This document shows, piece after piece, positions 38,827 to 52,920 of a stretch of 64,000 bases of DNA (position 1 is its first letter; every line of letters starts with the position of its first letter). The stretch is from Pseudovirgaria hyperparasitica (Eukaryota). Below the pieces are notes generated by a model that ran no database searches, was not told the origin of the DNA, and saw nothing but the letters and a program-made list of their open reading frames with translations. Position numbers and translations under genes: made by a program. The stretch lies in assembly GCA_010093815.1 (NCBI GenBank), contig ML996587.1, one strand, 5' to 3'.

Positions 38827-40208
38827 AATAAGAGGTTAGAAGATTAGCTTCTTATAGAATAGAATAAGATAGAAAGTACTAATATTATAGAAATATTTAA
38901 ACCTCTTAAGTCTAAAATAACTATACTTAATAAAAGTATTCTTAAACTTAGTAGACTAGAGTTTAAGATATATAAGTACTACTAGTAGAGATATAATAAT
39001 AAGTTAAACTATAGATAGCTATATACTATCTACTACTTCTATATCTAGTAGCTACTCTACTAATATTCTATATACTAGCTTATCTATATAGTCTATAGAT
39101 CTAATTATAACTATTATCTAATTTTATATCTATATTATATAAGGTTCTAGGGACTAGAAGATAAAACTATATTCTAGTATCTAGATAACTTAATTAACTA
39201 GATACTAGACTCTAATAACTACTATAGTACTAATATAATTTAAAGTAGTATTAGTTTTAATAATAAGTAAAAAGATAACTATACTATTATTATTCTATAA
39301 TTATATAAATTTTTAGAAGAATAGTAGATCTAGATAAAGCTCTATCTAGAAGTTAATAGATATAGTATAATTACTACTATTAATAATAAGATCTATAATA
39401 TAGAGAATAAGAAGAGATTTAGTCTATTTATATCTATATCTTATAAGACCCTTAAGGTCTATATATCTAGCCCTCTAATAATATATAGTACTCTAGAACT
39501 AGTAAAGAGAGTAAGATATATAATACTTCTATAGTATATCTCTATTAGTTCTAACTATATAATAATAGAGATACTAGAAATAGATACCTAGAAGTAGCTT
39601 ATAGTAGTATATAGAAATCTAATACTAGAGTCTATATCTCTATCTAGTTTCTTAAATAAGTATAGCGCTATTCTATATACCTTTTCTACTACTATCTAGC
39701 TCTTAAGTTCTAATATAGTAAGTAAGACTCTTATTAGCTAGAAAAGATAGAATAGCTAGAAAGTATATAAGAAGACTATTATATAGCTTAATACTAGACT
39801 CTAGAAGTTAAAATAAAAGACTAACGCGTGGTTTAAAGACGCTACTAAGGTATTTATAGAAACTTTAATAAAGATAGTAGAACTAGAGAGAGAGATCTAT
39901 AAGAATAGATTATTCTAGAAGGAATTTAATAAGGCTAGAGGTAAGAAGTAGTCTATTAACTTTAAGAAATATCTATCTAATACTAGACTATCTAATAATA
40001 TAAAGAACTTCTATAGATAGAAGAAGTCTAAGAGAATCTCTAATAATAATAATTCTATTCTATCTAAACTAAGTAATATAATTCTTAAAGAGCTAGCTTA
40101 GAATCTTAAAGACTAAGAATAGATATCTAAATCTATCTAATTATTAGTTAAGGGCTACCCTTAACTAATAATCTAGACTAATATTTATCTATAATAACTA
40201 CTTATTAT

Positions 40209-41118
40209 NNNNNNNNNNNNNNNNNNNNNNNNNNNNNNNNNNNNNNNNNNNNNNNNNNNNNNNNNNNNNNNNNNNNNNNNNNNNNNNNNNNNNNNNNNNN
40301 NNNNNNNNNNNNNNNNNNNNNNNNNNNNNNNNNNNNNNNNNNNNNNNNNNNNNNNNNNNNNNNNNNNNNNNNNNNNNNNNNNNNNNNNNNNNNNNNNNNN
40401 NNNNNNNNNNNNNNNNNNNNNNNNNNNNNNNNNNNNNNNNNNNNNNNNNNNNNNNNNNNNNNNNNNNNNNNNNNNNNNNNNNNNNNNNNNNNNNNNNNNN
40501 NNNNNNNNNNNNNNNNNNNNNNNNNNNNNNNNNNNNNNNNNNNNNNNNNNNNNNNNNNNNNNNNNNNNNNNNNNNNNNNNNNNNNNNNNNNNNNNNNNNN
40601 NNNNNNNNNNNNNNNNNNNNNNNNNNNNNNNNNNNNNNNNNNNNNNNNNNNNNNNNNNNNNNNNNNNNNNNNNNNNNNNNNNNNNNNNNNNNNNNNNNNN
40701 NNNNNNNNNNNNNNNNNNNNNNNNNNNNNNNNNNNNNNNNNNNNNNNNNNNNNNNNNNNNNNNNNNNNNNNNNNNNNNNNNNNNNNNNNNNNNNNNNNNN
40801 NNNNNNNNNNNNNNNNNNNNNNNNNNNNNNNNNNNNNNNNNNNNNNNNNNNNNNNNNNNNNNNNNNNNNNNNNNNNNNNNNNNNNNNNNNNNNNNNNNNN
40901 NNNNNNNNNNNNNNNNNNNNNNNNNNNNNNNNNNNNNNNNNNNNNNNNNNNNNNNNNNNNNNNNNNNNNNNNNNNNNNNNNNNNNNNNNNNNNNNNNNNN
41001 NNNNNNNNNNNNNNNNNNNNNNNNNNNNNNNNNNNNNNNNNNNNNNNNNNNNNNNNNNNNNNNNNNNNNNNNNNNNNNNNNNNNNNNNNNNNNNNNNNNN
41101 NNNNNNNNNNNNNNNNNN
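40209..41118. other. Assembly gap
   Basis: Run of N; LINE sequence on both sides. Confidence 1.
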
Positions 41119-41340
41119 ATTATTTACTATATATATATATTAAAAGTTATTATACTTAGTATACTCTATTAATTAATATATATAGATTACTATATTACTC
41201 TAAATTAACTAGTTTTAGTTTCTTAGAGTATAAGAGAAGTTTTTTATACTTATTATATTCTATTAATTAAGATATATAAATTATTATATTACTCTAAATT
41301 AATAAACTTAATCTTATAGAGAGTATAAAGAAGTTTTTCT
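41119..41340 (-). mobile_element. LINE 5'-terminal fragments (two tandem degenerate 5' ends)
   Basis: Reverse complement of the family 5' UTR start (..TAAATTAACTAGTTTTAG..AGTATAAGAGAAGTTTTT), repeated in degenerate form at ~41250-41340. Confidence 0.6.
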
Positions 41341-41973
41341 ACTCTTAAGAGAAGTCTATTTAGTATTATATATTTTTAAGATAATATTAGTACTAAGTAC
41401 TTTATTACTCTTAATAAATAATATATTATATTATCATATATACTAAGAGTTATACTAAAATAGGTAAGAAGGGCTCGATTTATAACTTAGACCACGTTTT
41501 TAACTCTATAAGCTTTGCTTTAATCGTGTTATACTCTAAGTATAGAGAGTCTATATAGTTTAGCTATAGTAATTCGTGAAAAGTAAATTAGCTACTAGGA
41601 TATCCGAAACCTGTAGTTTGTTTGTCTCGGCGTACCAAGTACTCTAGTCCGATATATAACTTCGCTAGATACACCTGCTACTCGACTTTCCGAGTCTTGT
41701 AATCTTGGACGTGAACGGCATCTCTGTGTTTATGTGGTGAGCTATATATAACGCTGGCAAACTTGTCGTCATCTTGGGAGCCTATTATAAGAGCTTATTG
41801 CGCTTGACCCACTGAAGAATGAGAGGGGTGCTCGTCTACTAGGGCTATTCGGTCCCTCCGGTCACTGTTGTGAGACGCACTCCTATGGTAGGCGTATAGC
41901 GCATTTTAACATTACTAGAAGCCTATTTGTGTGTCAAACTAGAGCTCTGCCATCATACATAAAGCCGCTGCTG

Positions 41974-43641
41974 TCAAGCCCTCCCGCTACCCTTATCTCG
42001 AGCTCGGTTTGGCAACCGTCTCCTCTCCCAAACCTGCACGTAACTCTCCTTCGTAAATAGCGTCTCCGCCCTCGCATTCTCTACAAATAGATCTTGCACT
42101 TCAATCCATTCGTCCAGAGCTCGATCAAGCAACTGTACGCGCCACACTTTGCGCTCTTGTTCGCCTTCGACACTATCGTCGCGCGTTCTCACAGCCTCGT
42201 GTGTGATATTCGCAATCAAATCGTACAATATGGGTTCCATGGATGGATGTATTGCCGGGTTTGGTTCAACATAGGGCGTCATATTTAGCGAGCGAGGGTT
42301 GAAGGTGACGATGGTAGGATTGCGTTCGTGCACGAATTTATTGACGCTGAAGCGTTTCACATGGAAGAGGAGGTAGGGAGGAAGTGGATGGATCAGGCGG
42401 TAGCGCACACGGGTGTTTAGTCGTTCTTGCGCAGATACGCCGTCATATTTGTTTAGTATGGTCGTGAGCGGAACTTGCGGGATGATGTTCTTGTCCTGAT
42501 CGTCTTGAAAGAGGGGCGTTGCGGGAAGATCTAAAGTCAATATCAGGTAATGTGAGAGTTGAGTTTGGACGTCTGCATCTTCGAATCGAAGACGATCGCC
42601 GGGGGCAGCGCGAGCAGTGATCGCTTGTGATTCAACTTTGAGCTGACCCTGGAAGACACGCTGAACGATGGAGGTCCAAGGTTTGGTCTTTAAGCCACCG
42701 AGCGCAAGATGTAGATGATTCAGGAACCAAGAAAGAAAGTCAACAGGATCAGATTGTGCTGTGAGGGTGTACCGTTTCGAAGATCGAAGAGCTATTTCCT
42801 GGAGGAGTTCGTGGGGCGAGACATGAGACTTGAAGGCGCGTGGATTCCAGATCTTACGTATGAGTATTGAAAATCGTTGAGCGAGCTGTGGCTTCGCGGA
42901 CAGGTCTTCGAGCATGAAGAAATTTCGTAGAGGTGTTACGTGAGCGAGAGCATGGCATACAACGTTGAAGTAATCATTGGCCTTGATGTTGTTCATGCCT
43001 ACGAATCCGGGGGTATATTTGCGGCCCATGAGATCCCACACTGGCTCTCTCTTCATGTCCAATGTTTGCATTTCCATTTTCGTGTACTTTGGGTCAACGA
43101 CGTATTTGATATCGTCCAGACTTTTGCTTTTGACCTCGTACCCTTCGGGTAATATGTAAACCCTTTTCGTCTCCATATTAATGTATGGATGGTGATCCTC
43201 TTCCAGTGCATGAAAATAGGCGAATGACTTTGGTCCCCTTCCTTGGAAATATTTCCCACATGTTAAACAGGCGTATACGTTGATATTCGATAGCGTGACG
43301 GAGCATAGTTTCTCGAAATCAAAATCAAGCACTGATCTGTTTATGGTGTCAAGGTAGAGGTCGTCGTAGCCTTCTTCCGGCGCCATCTGCCGCCTTGTCG
43401 TTGAAATCGCAGACTCGTCATCCTCGTCGTACTTAACCTTCTCGTGAGCTTTAGCGAGTATCTCTGAGTTTGCTGAGGAAGGCGTTGATATGCTTGAAGC
43501 CTGTGATTCGCGATGTCCGATTGTATATTCATGGAAGGGCAGCGCTCGTGTCGTGGTGTCGTTGCCCGTACGATGTTTCTTAAGCAGCGGCGACCGACCA
43601 TCGAGCTCTTCGAGTGGTGTTTCGGCTTGTCGTTTCGACAT
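41974..43641 (-). CDS. SAD1: U4/U6.U5 tri-snRNP-associated protein Sad1/USP39 (ZnF-UBP + inactive USP domain), ~555 aa
   Basis: YLDTINRSVLDFDFEKLCSVTLSNINVYACLTCGKYFQGRG, PGFVGMNNIKANDY (Asp in place of the catalytic Cys), FKSHVSPHELLQ, ERNPTIV. Start at MSKRQAE is preferred over the ATG at 43677. Confidence 0.96.
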   Translation of the reverse strand: MSKRQAETPLEELDGRSPLLKKHRTGNDTTTRALPFHEYTIGHRESQASSISTPSSANSEILAKAHEKVKYDEDDESAISTTRRQMAPEEGYDDLYLDTINRSVLDFDFEKLCSVTLSNINVYACLTCGKYFQGRGPKSFAYFHALEEDHHPYINMETKRVYILPEGYEVKSKSLDDIKYVVDPKYTKMEMQTLDMKREPVWDLMGRKYTPGFVGMNNIKANDYFNVVCHALAHVTPLRNFFMLEDLSAKPQLAQRFSILIRKIWNPRAFKSHVSPHELLQEIALRSSKRYTLTAQSDPVDFLSWFLNHLHLALGGLKTKPWTSIVQRVFQGQLKVESQAITARAAPGDRLRFEDADVQTQLSHYLILTLDLPATPLFQDDQDKNIIPQVPLTTILNKYDGVSAQERLNTRVRYRLIHPLPPYLLFHVKRFSVNKFVHERNPTIVTFNPRSLNMTPYVEPNPAIHPSMEPILYDLIANITHEAVRTRDDSVEGEQERKVWRVQLLDRALDEWIEVQDLFVENARAETLFTKESYVQVWERRRLPNRARDKGSGRA

Positions 43642-44184
43642 TGCCAGGAGTCTACGACAATAGGCGACCAAACTCAACGCGTTGAGTGTCCAGAGGCGCG
43701 ATTTTGTGGTGATGACAAAATGACCACATCCGTCGGTCGTAGCTTCAGTTAATTAGCTGCCGCGAGGTTTCTCCGCTTGCGAGCGTTGATACGAATACGA
43801 AAATATGCACATATGAAAGGTGAGTGGGACAAGAAGAGTTAGATTTGCATGCTCTGTGTTGCCTAGAAAATTACTACATTTATCGGAACATTGCCCTGTT
43901 TATGGAATAATGTAACGATGGCCATGTTTGGCCATTCCCTAGAATGTGCATTCGCCAGGCCCCACTTTTTTCGGTCATGCGTCTGTTGACATCGGAGCGT
44001 ACCAAATATCACAGCAAAACTACATGGCAACGACCACGGTGTCGATTCGTAGTATTCCTGCCACGCCATGCAGATGTCACGTCAAAATATGCCAAACGCC
44101 ATAGCGCCCCTAACATTAAGAGACATGATACACATAATCCTTCTGGAGCATTGTATTAGCCGGCATTCAAACAGCCTCACTCCT

Positions 44185-45357
44185 TCACGCTGCCTGTCTT
44201 CCTGCTACGTACTTGGATATGTCATTCCGTGCGAAGGAGAACGGGCTCTTGGTCATTTCTGGGCTTCTCGGAGATATCGGGACAGCGAAAAGACCGTCTT
44301 CTTTGTCGTCGTCGGCTTTGTCATCTAATGCCGACGAATATTGGAGTATGCCCCGTGACTCCCATGCCGGTGCCACCGCAAATGCATCGAGCGACCCGAT
44401 GCCTATATTATGTTGCTGTTGTTGTTGTGCCAGAATTTCTGCAGGCGGTCCTTGCGTTGAGACTTTACGGCGGAATTGAAGCTTTGTGGTGACTTGGCTA
44501 GGCATGGCACCCTTGAATGTCGAGAATGAGGACACAGCGACATCAGAGGATTCGGGTGATAAAGTGTTAGGCTCGTAGGAGGTAATAGACATGCCTCCCG
44601 GGGAGTGATGTTCTTTATCTGTGGTGCTCAACTTCAAGCCCTTCAGCTTCTCCATCAAACGCCCACCACCAGGACTCTTTGGGCTTCCTGGACTCAACGG
44701 CGCCGCAGAATTGGTGCCGGCTCCAGTCGTGATGGTCAGGCCGCTTGGGCGTGCGCTAACACCAAAGTTCTGCTCGATCCATTCCTTCTCTTGCAGTGCC
44801 ATTGTCAAGCCGATCCCTTCAACATTGTTCTGGCTTTCTGTATCAATCTCACGCTGTAAAGCCTGTAGCCTCTTCTTAGCCCATATTGTGTGCAGAACCC
44901 CCTTCTTTCCAGCTTGTCTCGCACTGGCGCCAAGTTCTGGTGGGAAGATCGCAGGTAATGGGTTTGTGCGCCAATATGTCTCACCCTTGGTTAGTATGAC
45001 CATACCAGGGACTGGAACGCCCGGCGGCAGGAGAAAGTACATCCTATGGAATTCACCTGCGCGTTCTTCAGGGGGAATGAGCGTTGGCGTGTCGTCGACG
45101 GGGAGAACATGTGTCTTGCTCTCCCAGCTAATCTGCCAGGAGCCCAAGATTGTGCGGGTCGAAACATCGTCCTCCCACTCGATCATCAAGATCTTGGTAC
45201 CTTCTTTGGACAGGCCGGGTTCAAACTCAAAGCGTGCTAACGCATTCGCATTTGAGAGACTTGGGGATTTGACTTCATCTTTGCCTGGTGCGAATTGTGC
45301 GGTATCTGCAGCACTGAAAATGGCATTGGAGGACTGACATGAGTTCGTAGCGGCCAT
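44185..45357 (-). CDS. Hypothetical fungal protein, 390 aa (Ser/Pro-rich C-terminal half with SP motifs)
   Basis: Long uninterrupted ORF in the unmutated island; globular-looking N-terminal part (GTKILMIEWED, NPLPAIFPPELG, KKGVLHTIWAKKRL) followed by a coiled segment and a low-complexity tail. Confidence 0.85.
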   Translation of the reverse strand: MAATNSCQSSNAIFSAADTAQFAPGKDEVKSPSLSNANALARFEFEPGLSKEGTKILMIEWEDDVSTRTILGSWQISWESKTHVLPVDDTPTLIPPEERAGEFHRMYFLLPPGVPVPGMVILTKGETYWRTNPLPAIFPPELGASARQAGKKGVLHTIWAKKRLQALQREIDTESQNNVEGIGLTMALQEKEWIEQNFGVSARPSGLTITTGAGTNSAAPLSPGSPKSPGGGRLMEKLKGLKLSTTDKEHHSPGGMSITSYEPNTLSPESSDVAVSSFSTFKGAMPSQVTTKLQFRRKVSTQGPPAEILAQQQQQHNIGIGSLDAFAVAPAWESRGILQYSSALDDKADDDKEDGLFAVPISPRSPEMTKSPFSFARNDISKYVAGRQAA

Positions 45358-45506
45358 AGCTGCTTGATTAAGTCGTGGGTGGCAACGACACCATGGGAAT
45401 TATGGCCACCCAGCACACGATCTTACGGGATTTCTATTAGGTCATCTCAATTACTTAGATCTTATTAAGTACTAGGCTAGTATATAGAGTATATAGATAG
45501 AATAGA

Positions 45507-45877
45507 TAATAATAATAATAATATTATATAACTAGGTAGAGTAGTTTACTCTATAGATATATATCTTCTCTAGTCTAAGCTATTATATAAGAAGAGACCT
45601 TTTAAAAGAAAAAACTCCCTTCTCTCTATAACTATATCTTATTAAGTCTTTATATCTTCTTAAGTATATAACTATAGAGTATATTTATAGATCTATAATC
45701 TATATTATTATTATTTTATTCTTAGATAGTATATATAGAGTATAGAGGTTATTAGTTAAGAGCTATCCTTAACTAATAATTAGAGTTCTTCTAGAGTTCT
45801 TCTAGTATATACTAGAATCTATCTAGTATATATCTAGTTTCTTCTAATATATATATCTAGATCTACTAGTATTAAAT
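45507..45877 (-). mobile_element. 5'-truncated LINE 3' fragment (~370 bp)
   Basis: (AAT)n tail, 3' UTR and palindrome (~45750) in reverse complement. Confidence 0.8.
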
Positions 45878-47737
45878 ATTAGAACTTAGTCTTATATATA
45901 ACTAGATCTATATATATCTTAGCTAACTTAGTTAGAAGATAGTATAATAAATAGTAAATAGTTATATACTAAATAGATTAGTATCTCTTTATATATATAC
46001 TCTTAGATTTCTACTAAAAGAGTTTAGTAGTAATTTATTCTATAATAGAATATACTCTATTAATCTATCTAACTATACTACTATCTAATTACTCTATTCT
46101 TATATTTAAATTACTCTCTATATAGTACTATAGTTAAGATAGTTTAACTAGAATTAAGAAGATTAATATTATCTACTATAGAGATAAGTAATACTATATT
46201 AAATAATAGAAATTCTCTATAATTAGTATTAAATCTAGCTATTTCTAACTAAGAAGTAGAGATATTAGACTAAATTATAGAACTTTCTAATAAGTAAATA
46301 ATAGATATACTAAGTAACTTCTAATAATATAAAGCTAGATAATAAGTTATAGTAGAGCTATATAAGATATTATAATAAACTATTACTAAACTATAGAAGT
46401 ATATTACTAATTAAGTCTAAGAGATTTAGATTCTTAAAGAATAGACTAAATATATAAAACTTCTTATAAAAAGATAAGACCTTAAAGAGTCTCTTAAAGA
46501 ACTATACTAAATAGTAGTAGCTAAATAACTTTCTATACTAATTTAGATAGAACTAGTTTATTCTCTACTAGAGTTATAATAATCTTCTATAATTCTAGCT
46601 ACTTTATTACTAACTTACTCTATTCTATCTCTAGATATACTAAAATCTAAGAATCTAACTATATTTATAGAGAAGAACTAAAAGAAGTAGAAAGACTAGA
46701 AGAGAGACTATAAAAAGTACTTTCTTAATAACTCTCTACTCTTTTCTACTAAAGTATATTATATTTTATTTAGAGAATAATAACTAGATTTATAATTCTA
46801 TAATTAATAGAATAGATAGAAGAAAGTATAGCTACTATCTATAATAACCTAGAAATATTTAGCTATATTTATACTAAATACCCTTAGAATAAATAGAGAA
46901 TATAAAAGAAAGATACTATCTAAGTTAAGAAGTATAGTATAATAACTAAACTAGATATCTACTTAACTACTATAATATCTATAAAACCTATAGAATAATA
47001 TTTCTATACTATAGAAAAATATTTATATATTCTAGTTTTATAAAGTACTACTTCTATTAATCTATAAAAGACTAGAAATAGTATTATTAAGTTTTAATTA
47101 TCTATATAAATTAGAGAAGAAAGCTAATTAATACTACTATATTCTTAAGAAATATAGCTCTCTAAATAAAACTAATAAACTCTATATAGATTAGAAATAA
47201 GATTAATTAAATATATTTAATTAAGAGTAATCTTACTATAATTAATACTAGAAGAGTATAAATTAGAGAAGAAACGTATTAAGAGAATACTAAAATAATT
47301 AAAATAGTAGTTCTTAATATAGAAAAGAATAAGATATAGACTTAAATATAATATCTATTATAAAATAGTAGAATTATAGTATACTTTATTACTATAAGTA
47401 TAGAGAAATAGAATATATTTTATCTAACTATAAGAATCTAAAAAAAGAATAGACTAGTATATAAGATCTAACCACATTCTTAGCTAAATTATATATAATT
47501 AGAAGAAGCTATAGCACCTTCTAGCAAGTAAAGACCTAATATTACTAAAAATATTATTATCTATAGTAAATAGTAATAAAACTATATAGACCCTTATAGA
47601 TACTAGTATAGAAGATAACTATATCTTATTAATTCTTATAAAGAAGTATAGATTATTATATAATCTTAGTAAAGTTAGCTAAACTATTATAGTTAATAGA
47701 TATAAAGTTAGAACTTTAGATAAAGCTATAATAAATT

Positions 47738-50700
47738 ATAATAATAATAATAATAATATTATTATATAGCTAGGTATAGTAGTACTCTATAGATCTATAC
47801 CTTCTCTAGTCTAAGCTACTATATAAGAAGAAACTCTATAGAGAAAAACTTCCTTATATCTATAACTATATCTTATTAAACCTCTATTTTATCTTAAGTA
47901 TATAGCTATAGAGTAGTCTATAGTCTATATTACTATTATTTTATCCTTAGATAGTATATATAGGTATAGAGGTTATTAGTTAAGAGCTACCCTTAACTAA
48001 TAATTAGGGTTCTTCTAGAGTTTTCTAGTATATATTAGGTTACTACTAGTATATACTAGGTCTCTTATAGTATATATTTCTAGGTCTACTAGTACTAGAG
48101 AAGTAGTAGATATATAAGTATCTATTAGAAGATATCCTTAGGGTACTTATTAAGCTATTATATAATATCTAAAGTCTTTATAATATAGATAAGCTATTAC
48201 TATTATATATAGAGATTAGAGTATATAGCTAGATAGTAGTATATTATATCTCTCTAGCTATACGCCTTATACTATAGAGAGATATTAGAAACGTCTCTCT
48301 TATAGAGATAGTATAGAAGTTCTATAGCGCCTCTTTAGACTTAAATAAGTATAGATACTTAGACTTTTATTAGCCCTTTATATATCTATTTACTTAGTTC
48401 CTTCTATAGTCCTTAAATCTACTCTAAATATTAATTCTACTAGAAGATCTAGTAGATATAGAGTATCTCTTTCTATTTATTTTAGGTCTATAACTATATA
48501 TTTTTTATAAGTTCTTAAAGGCTCTACTAGTCTAGAAGAGTATCTAGATTATCTTAGACTTCTTATACTACTTAACTAGAGTCGGCTTCTATTAAGTATC
48601 TATACTATATTTAATTCTAGTCTATATATAGAAGTATATAGTAATATATACTAATTTATATATATAGTATAGCGAAAGTATATTCTATATTTTCTATATA
48701 TTTCTATACTTATTATTTAGTAAAGTATACCACCCTCTATATCTAGTATAGGTTATATATACTTAAAATATCTATCTTATATTATAGTAGTACTATATAA
48801 GTAGCTTTATATATACCTAATATACGATAGAGTATATAGTTCTATATAGATTTAAGCTTTATCCGCCTAGTCTATATCAGAACTATATACTAGTACTTAT
48901 ATCTATATATAAAGGCGGGTTATACTATAGATATATATAGCTAGTATACCTTATTCTAGGCGGTTCCCTATATAGAGGCTATAATCTATTATATAGCGGC
49001 TTCTATCTAGACGGCCCTAGGGATAGTATATACTACTTATAGTTTCTATTTAAGCTTATTATCTAGTATAACCCTAAGTATATATATACTTTATACTAGC
49101 TATTTATTAAATTTATTAATCTAGGGGCGTTATTTACCTTCTCTAGTTATCTATTTCCCTTAATAGTTAATAAAGTATATAAGCTAGTATTTCTCTAGAG
49201 TAAACTTTACTCTATAGTATTTTATCTACTAGAGGTATCTCTTATAGTTCTATTCTAGTTATCTATACGTTTAGTTAGTATTATTATTAATAGCTAGAAG
49301 ATATATATTATTAGTATATCTAACTATCTCTATATACTTTATTTCTTAAAGAAGATCTATTATAAAGAAGAGGAATAGAATTAGAGAGATAGTACTCTCT
49401 TATAGAATACTATATACTATCTCTTTATATTTATTCTAGTATCTAGAAATATATATCTAAGTTATTCTTTCTATAAGGAATAACTATATAAAGTATATAA
49501 TCTATTCTAGTATTTATCTTATCTAGAGATTATAAATAAGTCTTATATAGTTTACCTTATTAAACGCTCTAGCTATATTAAGAGAGAGGAGTAATACTAT
49601 CTATCTCTATTTCTATACGGCCTAGATAACTTTAATAATATATTAGATAGCTATTATTAGAGAGCTATCTATCTTTATCTTCTAGTTTAGAGAGAGAAGA
49701 TTATATTCCTATACTATAGTACTTATCTTCTTTACTATTATAGTCTCTAGTATCTTATCTAGGTAGAAGAGAAGAGTGATTAGTCTCTATCCCTTTAGAG
49801 AGTTAAAGCTCTTTTCTAGTTTTAGAAGTATAATAGTATAGATAACTTAGAAGCTCTAGAGATAGTACTCCTATATAATGTTAGTATTAGATCTAGTAAC
49901 TAATATACTCTATAGTAAAGGTAAGATTAAGTATAGATCTATCTTTATTCTATTTATATTTTTTCTATATAACTTATTCTATAGATATAAGTAGATATAG
50001 AAAGTTATAGTAGCGGGTATATAGTTCCCTTACTCTAAGTTCTTCTCTAACTATAGCTAGGTCTCTCTACTATTACTAGTAGAGATTAAAGTCTTTTAAA
50101 AGAATATATTACTCTAGTTCTATAGTACCCTTAAGTATCTTATCTAGTATAAGTATATATTATTAGTTATATATATTATATATATATAGAGGGCCTATAT
50201 CTATTTATAGGTATAGTATTATTCTAAGGTTATTATACTTAGTATATAACTATAATAAGAGTAGTATTAACCTATAAATATAGAAGAGGACTTATATTTC
50301 TAGTTCTAGAGAGTATATAGTATAGTATCTAGGGTATATAGTTAGTTTACTTATCTAGTAGTATTTATAGAGTTTCTAGATAGTAAGTATTATAGCCCTA
50401 GTCTCTTTAAGAAGTATTATCTAGTTCTCTCTTTTATATTATATATTTATCTATATAATTTAGAGTATATTCTAGTCTCTTATTAGATACTAGGGAGTAT
50501 ATATATCTATATACTTATTTCTTAGAGGCGTGACTATCCTTATATAGTAGCGGCTTTAACTATACCTTTTAGTTATTCTATTATCTTTAGAATAATCTAC
50601 TATTCTATCTAACTATCTTCTAGAAGGAAGATTAGAGATATTATAAAGGAAGGGCCTATAGTAGATATTATATTCTATAACTATCTTATATCTCTTACTT

Positions 50701-52055
50701 TTATTATATAAATATATTCTATAATCTATTTATATTTTATATATATTAATAACTATAATAGATATTTTCAATTATAGTTTAAATACTATACTATATCTCT
50801 ATTTCTTAGTCCGTCTTCTTATAGTTTATAAGAGTACTTCTAGATAGTATAGTCTCTATAGTACTATCTATACTTAGTCTTCTATAAGTATCTTTATATA
50901 GTATATCTATATTCTTAATAGTTAAAGTACTATATTATTATCTATACTCTATTCTATAGCTTAACTATAAGAAGCTCTTCTTCTACTAGAAATTCCTTCT
51001 ATATAATATATTATATAAGAGTAGGGTCTTAGAGCTCTATAATTATAGTAGAGTGTTTTTTTACTATTATCTTAATTATCTATAGGTTCTTCTACCACGC
51101 TTTTATAATCTTAATTCCTAGGTACTTTTATATATTAGATTATTCTATATATATAATATTCTTTACTCTAATAGTCTATCTCTATATAGATACTATATAT
51201 ACTATAATTAGATATATAGCTACTCTAATAAACACGCTAGAGAAGATACTATCTATTATATTTAGATCTCACGAGATATTTTATTATATAGTATTTATTA
51301 TAGTAGTAAGTACTACTCTATCTAGTATAACTTTAGTAGCTATAATACTTAACTATATTTCTTTCTATTTATTAATCTTATCTATAATTTCCTTTAGGGA
51401 TATCTATTAGATCTACGCTAGCGTGTTCTTATTCTAGATTATAATATATATATTATATACTCTATCTATAGTTCTAATAGTTCTTAGTATAGTAGCTCTA
51501 GATATTACTATAATCTAAGTCTATATATTAGGGCGTTTACCTTAGAATAGCTCTTTCTAGATTCTCTATAGACTAGCTTCTTCTTAGTTAAGTCTACTAC
51601 TAGATTTCTCTTATAATAACTTTCTTTCTTTCTCTATAATATCTCTTAGATTCTAGATAAGATTCTAGAATATATAAAGAAGGGTCTTCTTTCTCTTCTT
51701 AGCGTCTCTCTCTATATATATTATCTAGTATTTAATTTTATCTAGAAGGGTCTCCTCTCTTAGGATTCTCTTAGTCTAGATTATCTATAATACTTTATAC
51801 TCTTAGTTAGTTTCTATATTTTAGATAGATATCTAGCTATCTATATTAATATTACTATATAGCCGTTTCTACTATACTAGTAGAGATATATCTAGTATAT
51901 ACTAGAGTATAGTAATACCTAAGACTACTATAGTTATTAGTTAAGAGCTACTCTTAACTAATAAAAGAGAGTTAGTATATTAGTATTTATTAGATATAGT
52001 CTATACTTATATTATTAAAGAGTCTTTAAGCGTATATATATAGTATCTCTATATA
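47738..52055 (-). mobile_element. RIPed LINE (L2-like subfamily), tail to 5' UTR with internal deletions, running into the gap
   Basis: Tail ~47738-47765; palindromes ~47973 and ~51934; reverse complement of RT, APE and ORF1 segments. Confidence 0.88.
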
Positions 52056-52920
52056 NNNNNNNNNNNNNNNNNNNNNNNNNNNNNNNNNNNNNNNNNNNNN
52101 NNNNNNNNNNNNNNNNNNNNNNNNNNNNNNNNNNNNNNNNNNNNNNNNNNNNNNNNNNNNNNNNNNNNNNNNNNNNNNNNNNNNNNNNNNNNNNNNNNNN
52201 NNNNNNNNNNNNNNNNNNNNNNNNNNNNNNNNNNNNNNNNNNNNNNNNNNNNNNNNNNNNNNNNNNNNNNNNNNNNNNNNNNNNNNNNNNNNNNNNNNNN
52301 NNNNNNNNNNNNNNNNNNNNNNNNNNNNNNNNNNNNNNNNNNNNNNNNNNNNNNNNNNNNNNNNNNNNNNNNNNNNNNNNNNNNNNNNNNNNNNNNNNNN
52401 NNNNNNNNNNNNNNNNNNNNNNNNNNNNNNNNNNNNNNNNNNNNNNNNNNNNNNNNNNNNNNNNNNNNNNNNNNNNNNNNNNNNNNNNNNNNNNNNNNNN
52501 NNNNNNNNNNNNNNNNNNNNNNNNNNNNNNNNNNNNNNNNNNNNNNNNNNNNNNNNNNNNNNNNNNNNNNNNNNNNNNNNNNNNNNNNNNNNNNNNNNNN
52601 NNNNNNNNNNNNNNNNNNNNNNNNNNNNNNNNNNNNNNNNNNNNNNNNNNNNNNNNNNNNNNNNNNNNNNNNNNNNNNNNNNNNNNNNNNNNNNNNNNNN
52701 NNNNNNNNNNNNNNNNNNNNNNNNNNNNNNNNNNNNNNNNNNNNNNNNNNNNNNNNNNNNNNNNNNNNNNNNNNNNNNNNNNNNNNNNNNNNNNNNNNNN
52801 NNNNNNNNNNNNNNNNNNNNNNNNNNNNNNNNNNNNNNNNNNNNNNNNNNNNNNNNNNNNNNNNNNNNNNNNNNNNNNNNNNNNNNNNNNNNNNNNNNNN
52901 NNNNNNNNNNNNNNNNNNNN
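52056..52920. other. Assembly gap
   Basis: Run of N. Confidence 1.

Noticed and set aside
31813..38831. TSD for the full-length G2 element
   Set aside because: Flanks (TCAAC vs AATAA) do not match even allowing for RIP.
42094..45337. Overlapping small and antisense ORFs, including 44621-45337 (238 aa)
   Set aside because: Shadow frames of SAD1 and the 390-aa gene or short intergenic ORFs, with no independent motifs.
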